Shown here: positions 57,111 through 64,000 of the stretch, one piece after another
Layout of the letters: each line of letters starts with the position of its first letter
Numbering within the stretch: the stretch's first letter is position 1
Assembly: GCA_025594325.1 (NCBI GenBank)
Contig: JANHCV010000001.1
Span: forward strand, 4,526,001-4,590,000
DNA length: 64,000 nt
DNA from: Blastocladiella emersonii ATCC 22665
Lineage: Eukaryota; Fungi; Blastocladiomycota
Reading direction: 5' to 3'
Program-made: the position numbers and the translations under genes
The notes under the pieces: generated by a model
What the model was told of the DNA's origin: nothing
Database searches by the model: none
The model's input: the letters and a program-made list of their open reading frames with translations, nothing else

Positions 57111-60100
57111 ATGTCCACCGCCGTCGCCTCGGCGCCGACCGAGCCGCCGCCCACGGCCCCCGAAATGCCCTCCGACCCCGGCGCGGCCCTCACGGCCGAG
57201 AGGATCCGCGAGCTCACGCTCCAGGATATCGAGCGGCTGCCGTTGGCCTCGCTTGACATGGCTCAGGTCCGTTCCCCGACCTCATCGGCTCGCCCACGGA
57301 CGATTCCTGACACTTTTGAACGATGATGTAGACTGGCGCTATCATGGAGCGCGTTAACGAGCTGCTCGCCATGTACTCGAGCGAGCGCGACGCTGTTGCG
57401 GAACCATCATCCGCTCCCGCGAACCCGCCGCTTCCGGAGGCATCAGGCGAGACGGCACCGCCAGCTGCCTCGACGACCGAATCGACCGCCATAGCGCCGC
57501 CCGCCGTCGCAGACCCCGTGGTCGCCGACCCGCCGGCTACCGAACCCGCGCCCGCTGCACCTGCTCCATCCGCTATCGCCGAGACTACGACGACCGCGGA
57601 ACCTTCGCGCGCACCGACGCCCGTCCAGTCTACCGCGGCAATACCTGCGGTACCCAGCACCGCCGCGGCCGTTGACGAGGACGGCGAGGCCGACCCGCCG
57701 ACCCGGCGTCCGACCATGTCCCTGCTCCAGCAGGTCATGGGCGGCAGCCGTGCCGATGTCGACGAGGATGAGGATGACGATGACCTGCCGCTCGATTTCG
57801 CGAGTCTTCGTGCTGCCGCTGCTCCGCCATCACTCAAAGACGACGCCCCGGCAGCGGCCACCGAGCTCGACCCCGACGGCTCGGTCGCCGACCACGTCCG
57901 CATCTACGAGATCAACGCGCGCAATGCCAAGCAGGCCGAGTCCATCATCCTGCCCGGCTCGGTCCCGCTCGACCCGCAGGGCTACATTGACCGCATCGTC
58001 GCGTCGCTGCCGCCACCATCCCCGACACTGCGCCCGCGCGCCGCGCTCTTCGTCCTGACCAAGAAGCTCGAGGAGACCACTGACCGCATCGAGTCCATGG
58101 ACACGTACTGGCGGACCTACGCCAAGTGGAAGCGGCGAGTGACGCGCCTCGAGGCCGACAAGCAGCGCAAGCTCGGGTCCGCCGCGACCAAGGAGTCGTC
58201 CTCGTCGTCGTCCTCGGGCCGCGCGCGGTCCGGCCGGTCCAACCTGCTCAACGCCGGCCACGGCGCGTCCAGCTCGCCGCAGCTCGCCGGGCTCGGGTTC
58301 CCGTCGATCCCCGGCACGCCCGCGCTGACGTCGAGCCGGCGCGGCCGCGACCGCGAGCGCGAGCTTCTGTACGCGCGGTCCGAGGAGGACGTGGCGCGCA
58401 TGATCCAGCAGATCGAGGACAGCAAGGACGAGCGCGTGCACCGGCTCGCGACCGCAGTGCCCGACCTGCTCGTCGACCTGCCGACGCGCCACGAGCGCGC
58501 GGCCAAGCTCGCGCAAAACTACCCGCCCAAGGAGGTTGCGGAGGTGCTGCGCGAGGAGTTCGGCGACTACTTTCTGCCCGACATCCCCGGCGCCAAGTTC
58601 ATCGAGGACCCCGTCGCGTACTACGCCGAGAAGCGCCTGCAGCGCGCGTGGCTGCCGTGCGAGGAGCGCCGCTTCTTCTTCGGGTTCCTCGACCACTTCA
58701 AGGACTTCCGCAAGATCGCCGACGACGTCGGCACCCGGTCCATCGCCCAGTGCATCGCCTTCTACTACGTCAACAAGCACCGCCTGCAGCTCAAGAAGGA
58801 GTACAAGAAGTTCCGCCGCGCCAAGCACATGGGCGGCGCCGCCACGTATCTCCCCGCGGCGCTCGCCCGCGGCCCGAACGCGCGCTGGTCCGCCCAGGAG
58901 ACGGACGCCATCAAGGCCGCCGTCACTGAGCTCGGCCGCGACGACCTCCCCGGACTCGCCGCCCGCGTCAAGTCCAAGACCGCCGACCAGTGCAAGGCCT
59001 GGCTCTACAACCACAAGGAGGCGGTCAACAAGCTGATCCGCGAGGAGGATAAGCGGCGGGTGCGCCGCGCGCAGAAGGAGAAGGTGCGCCTCGCCAAGCA
59101 GCGCGAGATGGACGCCCAGTCCGCGGCTCTGGCTGCGGCCGCTGCGGCTGCCGACGCAGCTGCTGCCGCGGCGGCATCCGCGTCGGCATTCTCGCCCATG
59201 CTCGGCTCCTCGCCCGCGCTCGGTCGACTGCGCCGCGGCGTCGACGGCGCAAACAGTTACGACGACCTCGTCGCCGACTCGCTCGACTCGTCCGCCGCGG
59301 TCAGCCGCAACAACTCGTCCATGACGCTCGCCGACGCGGACGACGACGGCAGCGACCCGTTCGGCAACAGCGGCGGCAGCCGCAAGCTCAAGCGGAAACG
59401 AGAGCTAAGCGGGCTCGGCGTCGATCTCGCCGCCGCGGAACTCGAGTACGCTTCGGCCCGCGGCCTGCGCCGCCGCGTCAAGGGCCAGTCTTACGCCGAG
59501 CCCGAGTTCCTCGAGGACGACCCGCGGCTCACCGCCCACGCGCGCGCCGGCGTGCGGAACCTCAACTCGCCCGCGGGCCCCGGCGGCGACCCGAACCAGC
59601 CCGCGCAGCAGCCGACGCGCCACCCAATGGCCGCGTCGCACGGGCTCGCCCTCGCGTCCTCGCACGGTACTCCGCCGCGGATCGGCCCGCAGGCCGCACC
59701 GATGCCCGCCACACACGGGTTCGGCGGCCATCCCGATTCCGGTCGCGGACAGGGCCGGTTCGGGCCCGGAGCTCACGGCGGTAACTCGCCGCCCGGCCAG
59801 TCGACGTCGCCTGTCCAGCTCACGATGCAGCCGCTGCAGCCCGAGACCAAGAAGCAGCGCACGGGCCCGCACAAGCAGCCGATTCCCAGCGGCCCGCGGC
59901 CCGCGCAGCCCGGCATGCAGCCCGTGGCCACCGCCGCCGCCACACCCGGTGCGCCCGCGCAGGCGCGGTCCGCGTACTGGCGCGCAGCCGAGCGCGAGCA
60001 GTTTAACGTGCTCTTCTCCCAGCACGGCGAGAACTGGGACGCCATCTCGGCCGGGATCGGGACCAAGTCCGCGGTCCAGGTCCAGCGGTTCCACCTCAAG

Positions 60101-62384
60101 CTCCAGAAGCAGCAGGCCACCCAGCCGCGCAACGCGGGCGACGCCGACAAGGGCCGGTCCGGCGCCAAGGCGCTCGCGCAGCTCGCCCCTGCGGGCGGCG
60201 ACGCGGGCGCTAACGACGCAAGCGCGCCGAACACGCCGTCGCTCACCAACGCCGGGGCCCGTCGTGGGCGTGCCGAGGTCGCGAACAAGGATCTGGCGGG
60301 GCAGCCTGGATCGCGTATGTGGCCGCGCTGGTTCATTCGACCGACGGAGACCCAGCTCACACCCCCCGTCCTCGGTTCGTGTAGGCAACGTCACCTTCTC
60401 GCGCGACGTCCGCTCGCCGAGTCCAATGCACGCGCGCCGGCGCACCGCGAGCCACCCGCTGCCGCGGGGTCACGCCGCGTCGCTCCAGCTGCAGCTCGAG
60501 CACAAGGTCCCGCCGCCGCTGCAGACGCACCTCGTCCACTCGCTCACCATCACGTCCGCCAGCAACCACCCGCACCACGCCCAGCAGATGCAGCAGCAGC
60601 AGCAACAGCAGCAGGCGCACGGCGGGCAGCTCCCGTCGCCGGCGAATCACTACATGCCGCCGCCGCACGTGTACCACCCCGCGGTGAGCACCGGTATGAC
60701 GACCGGCGTGCCGCCACCACCGCCTCCACCGCCGCCGCAGCCGTTCCCCGCGCCGACCGCGTCCGTGAGCATCGTCTCCGCCCCGGCCCCCGCTCCTCCG
60801 GCTGCGCAGACCTTGCCGTCGCCCAGGGTCGGACCGGTGAGCGGCCCGCCGCCCGTTGCTGCTCAACCTGCGCCATCGACGACTGCTGCTGCCGCCGCTG
60901 CACCTGCTCCTCCAGTCACCGCGGCCTCGGCGACGCCCGCAGCTCCCGTATCCGCCCCTCCAGCTGCCCCTGCGACCACGGCACCCGCGCAACCGATCGC
61001 GCCTGCTCCTGTTCCAGCAAGTTCGGTCCCCATGGCTTCAGTGTCGATTGTTCAGGCGAACCAGGTCGCCGCTGCAGCCGCCGTCGCTCCCGGCGCCCCG
61101 CCCGGTCCCGGCCAGTTCGCGCAGTACCCGGCGTTCCCGCCGTACGGGTACCCGCCGTACTTCTACCCGCGCGACTTCCCCGCAGCCGCGACGTACGCGT
61201 ACCGGCCCGCGGCGCCGTACACGTCGCTGCAGCGGCCCATGTACCCCGTGTACCCGGCGCACCCGCACCCGCACCCGCACCACCAGCACCACCACCACGC
61301 GCACATGGCGGCCGCGGTCCAGCACCTCCCGCCGGGCGCCGCCGCGGCGCTCGTCCAGGCCGATTTCCCGACGGCCGCGTACCCGATGGTCGCGACCGGG
61401 ATCGGCGCGCCCGTCCAGCAGCAGCAACAGCAGCAACAGGGCCAGCAACCGCAGCAGCAGCAGGTCTTCATGCAGCTGCAGCCGATGCACCCCATGATGA
61501 TGGCGCCGGGCGACGGCACGCCCATGTCGCCGACGTCACCGCGCATGGGCCATCCGCTGATTCCGCTGCTGCCCGTGCCCGTGTCGCTTCCCATGACGAG
61601 CATGGCGGCGGTGGCGGCTGACGTGGTGCAGCCGACAAGCGGACCTGGGCCGCAGCAGCAGCTCGCACCGCCCTCCGCGCTGTACGCTCCTGCGATCGTG
61701 ACCACGACCGCGGTTTCGGGACCCGTGCCCGCACCTAGTGCGCAGCAGGACATGGTCGCGCCGTACCAGCCGCCGGCGAGCGGAACGTCGCACCCAAGCG
61801 TTGCGCCCTCGATGCCAGCACCAAGCGCGCCGCTTCCCCCGCCGTCGTCGCTGCTCTCGACCGGCCAGCCGCAGTTGCAGTCGCAGCAGCAGCAACCTCA
61901 GCAACCAACCCAACCGCCGCAGCGTACCACGCCGCCGCTCCCGCTCCAGGCAGCGAACCGCACGTCCATGTCGCCGCTCACCGCGACGGGCGGCGGCGCC
62001 GGTCCCGCCGCCGCCGTCGTCGAACGCGGCCCGCTCGAGCTCCCGCCCATTGCCGCCATCGACCACCCGCTCCCGCCGCTCCGCGAGCCGTCGGTCGGCC
62101 CGTCGTCGTACTCGCGCCGCGGGAGTCTCAGCCTCAGCGACGTCCCCGCCTCGCAGGGGTTCACGCTGCCGCCGATCCGCACCACGTTCGGTGCCGCTGC
62201 GGAGCCCGGTCCAGCGTCTGCCGGCGGCGGCGCGAGCGTGGGCCCAAGCCCGTTTGTCGCGAACGACGCGCGGCGTGCGTCGTTGCCGCCGATCCAGCAG
62301 CAGGTTCCGCCGCCGCAGCCGCTGCCTCCTGCGCAGGAACAGCAGACGCAGCAGCAGCCGCAGCAGCAGCCGTCGTCGTCGTGA
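57111..62384 (+). CDS. Snt1/N-CoR-like SANT-domain protein (HDAC complex scaffold)
   Basis: SANT1 WLPCEERRFFFGFLDHFKDFRKIADDVGTRSIAQCIAFYYVNKH; SANT2 WSAQETDAIK..KSKTADQCKAWLY; SANT3 SAYWRAAEREQFNVLFSQHGENWDAISAGIGTKSAVQV. Long P/Q/A-rich tail; introns near 57267-57330 and 60316-60384. Confidence 0.8.
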
Positions 62385-62749
62385 ATCGCGTCTCCCTCGT
62401 TTTGAATACATTCGTCAACACCATTCTTCATCAACAGACTTGCGCTGCGCGACGCCCCCGATAGTCTAGTGCTGTAAGGGAACTCGGGCGTCGCGAAGGA
62501 CTGCGAGACCAGGGGAGCGCAGAAAGAAGCAGCAAAGGCAACGTGCCACAGGGATCGGCGGGTCATGTGAGTAGCTGAACGCGTCGGCTCAAGCCCCTCG
62601 ATTCTCCGGCACGGGTCCTCCACTTGGGATATGCAAAGTGCTTCGTATAGTAGTTTTCAAAAGAAGAGCCTCGCCAGGAGGGCACAATGGGGGGGGGGGA
62701 TCGTGAACAAAAAGGGGTCAAAATGGAGTTGGAGGGACGCGCGGACGCA

Positions 62750-64000
62750 TTACACGATGTTGATACGGATGCAGTCGTCCTGGGCACCGCGGCGGGCGAC
62801 GGGCATGATCACAGGCTGATGGCCGCGGGTCCCGGTCATGGTGCAGAGGCGGTACAGGCCGGGCTGCGACACTGCGTCTGCCGGGATAGTCGTAGTAAGG
62901 ATGCCGTTCGTGTCCTCTTGGTCGAGCCCCTTAAAAAAGGCCAGGGAATCCGAACGAGCGTCCGGAGGCGTCTGTGCGTTACCGAGACGCTGCACCGTGA
63001 CGTGCTGGTGGCCCTCGACCTGGCCGCGCGAGTTGAGCGTCTGCGGCGACACGTAGTACCGCTCGTTCGGGTTCTCGAAGAAGCCCGCGTCGAGCCCGCG
63101 CGTGCGGATCGCGAAGTTGATGGCCTTGTTGCGCGGCATGCGCGCGCCGTTCTGCGGCGCCAGGATGATGGTCGACACCATGTTCTCGAACGACGGGATC
63201 GCGCCCTGCACCGTGCGCGAGCACGTCACCGTCTTCTTCTGCGTGCCGTCGGCGACCGCGCGGCCGAGACCGACCTGGTTGCAGAACTGCGCGTTGTTGC
63301 TCAGGCCACGGATCGGCGCGCTGCCGGCAGCGTCGCCGCCCTTGTTGGCCCCGGCGTTGTTGTTGCCGCCGCCGACCTGCTTGCGGCCGCCGTTCGCGTT
63401 CTTCTTGGCCGCGCCGCCGCCGGCAGCACCGCCGCGCTGGCGCTGGGCCCCACCGGTCGCGCCGCCAGCAGCGCCACCACGTTGAGCTCCACCGCGCTGC
63501 GCGCCCGTTGCGCCGCCACGCTGAGTGCCGCCGGTCGCCCCACCGCGCTGTGTGCCCGTCGCGCCACCGCGCTGAGCGCCACCGCGCTGAGCACCACCAC
63601 GCTGAGCACCGGTACCCGTCCGACGGTTTTGCTGCTACAGAAGGGGTGACGAAATCCGGGGGTCAGGGACGCGTGTTTCATGTGGTGATGGGAGCCACTG
63701 ATCGGCGTGGCGCAGCAGCCATGGGCGTGGCGCGGCGCGAGAGGGGCAAACCATGAGGCGCCCACAGCCACGCGGGCGACCACACGAGCAAGCCACTACG
63801 GGCCGGGGCTGGCTCGCTGGCGGATCAATGACGAAGCGAAGAGAGAAATCGTACCCGACGAACGAGGTGTGCGAGCTCGAGGGGAGCGGCCGCCGACGAC
63901 AGGTCGAGGTCGCGCGCGGCGAGCTCGGGCGATGAATCCACCGACGACGCGACGGCCATGGACTCGGGCTGGGTCATGGACGCCACCAGGGCGAGGAAGA
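62750..64000 (-). CDS. Secreted protein with a pro-peptide, QRGG repeat tract and conserved fungal C-terminal domain; 5' end outside the window
   Basis: Exon ..FLALVASMTQPESM..LAHLVRR, intron 63854-63635 (GTACGA..TGTAG), then QQNRRTGTGAQRGG.. and the core FFENPNERYYVSPQ..GHQHVTVQ..LAFFKGL..YRLCTMTG..HQPVIMPVARRGAQDDCIR. I recall this as a conserved fungal family often mis-labelled 'ribosomal protein S17'. Confidence 0.75.

Noticed and set aside
160-63935. The many long antisense and off-frame ORFs in the track (e.g. 1339..3174 -, 6737..8020 +, 25630..26817 -, 42747..44486 +, 57830..59014 -)
   Set aside because: They are shadows of real genes: high GC3 depletes stop codons on the other frames, and the products are Arg/Ala/Gly-rich with no motifs.

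Overview
A very GC-rich (roughly two-thirds G+C by eye), gene-dense eukaryotic window. Introns are short (mostly ~50-100 nt, GT..AG, often GTACG donors). Fungal markers (Zn2Cys6 factor, Egh16/DUF3129 proteins) occur together with motile-flagellum genes (CCDC146, CFAP73/CCDC42 family), which points to a zoosporic fungus, most likely Blastocladiomycota; this is inference, not a database result. About 28 protein genes can be supported: SCAMP, Ulp1, ArgJ/Arg7, MetAP, FANCL, CCCH+PUF, RIO1, Cms1, CCDC146, WDR89, class I PDE, TM-RING-H2, Zn2Cys6, MAK16, Cdc15/SepH-like kinase, OPT, Snt1/NCoR-like and several unknowns. There is also one intron-containing tRNA-Ile(UAU). No transposon, CRISPR array or rRNA was seen. 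The most notable structure is a three-member family of secreted Egh16/DUF3129 genes with an LPMO-like His pattern. Two copies are an apparently identical ~0.9 kb inverted pair bracketing ~19 kb. Their identity starts just downstream of the TATA box, while the promoters are ~18% diverged, and all three copies share a 13-nt hairpin-like 5'-UTR element. Several enzymes carry substitutions at normally invariant residues (PDE Gln->Ser, FANCL RING Trp->Thr, kinase HRD->HLD). Most long ORFs in the supplied track are GC-driven antisense or off-frame shadows. Family assignments come from motif recognition only; no search was run.
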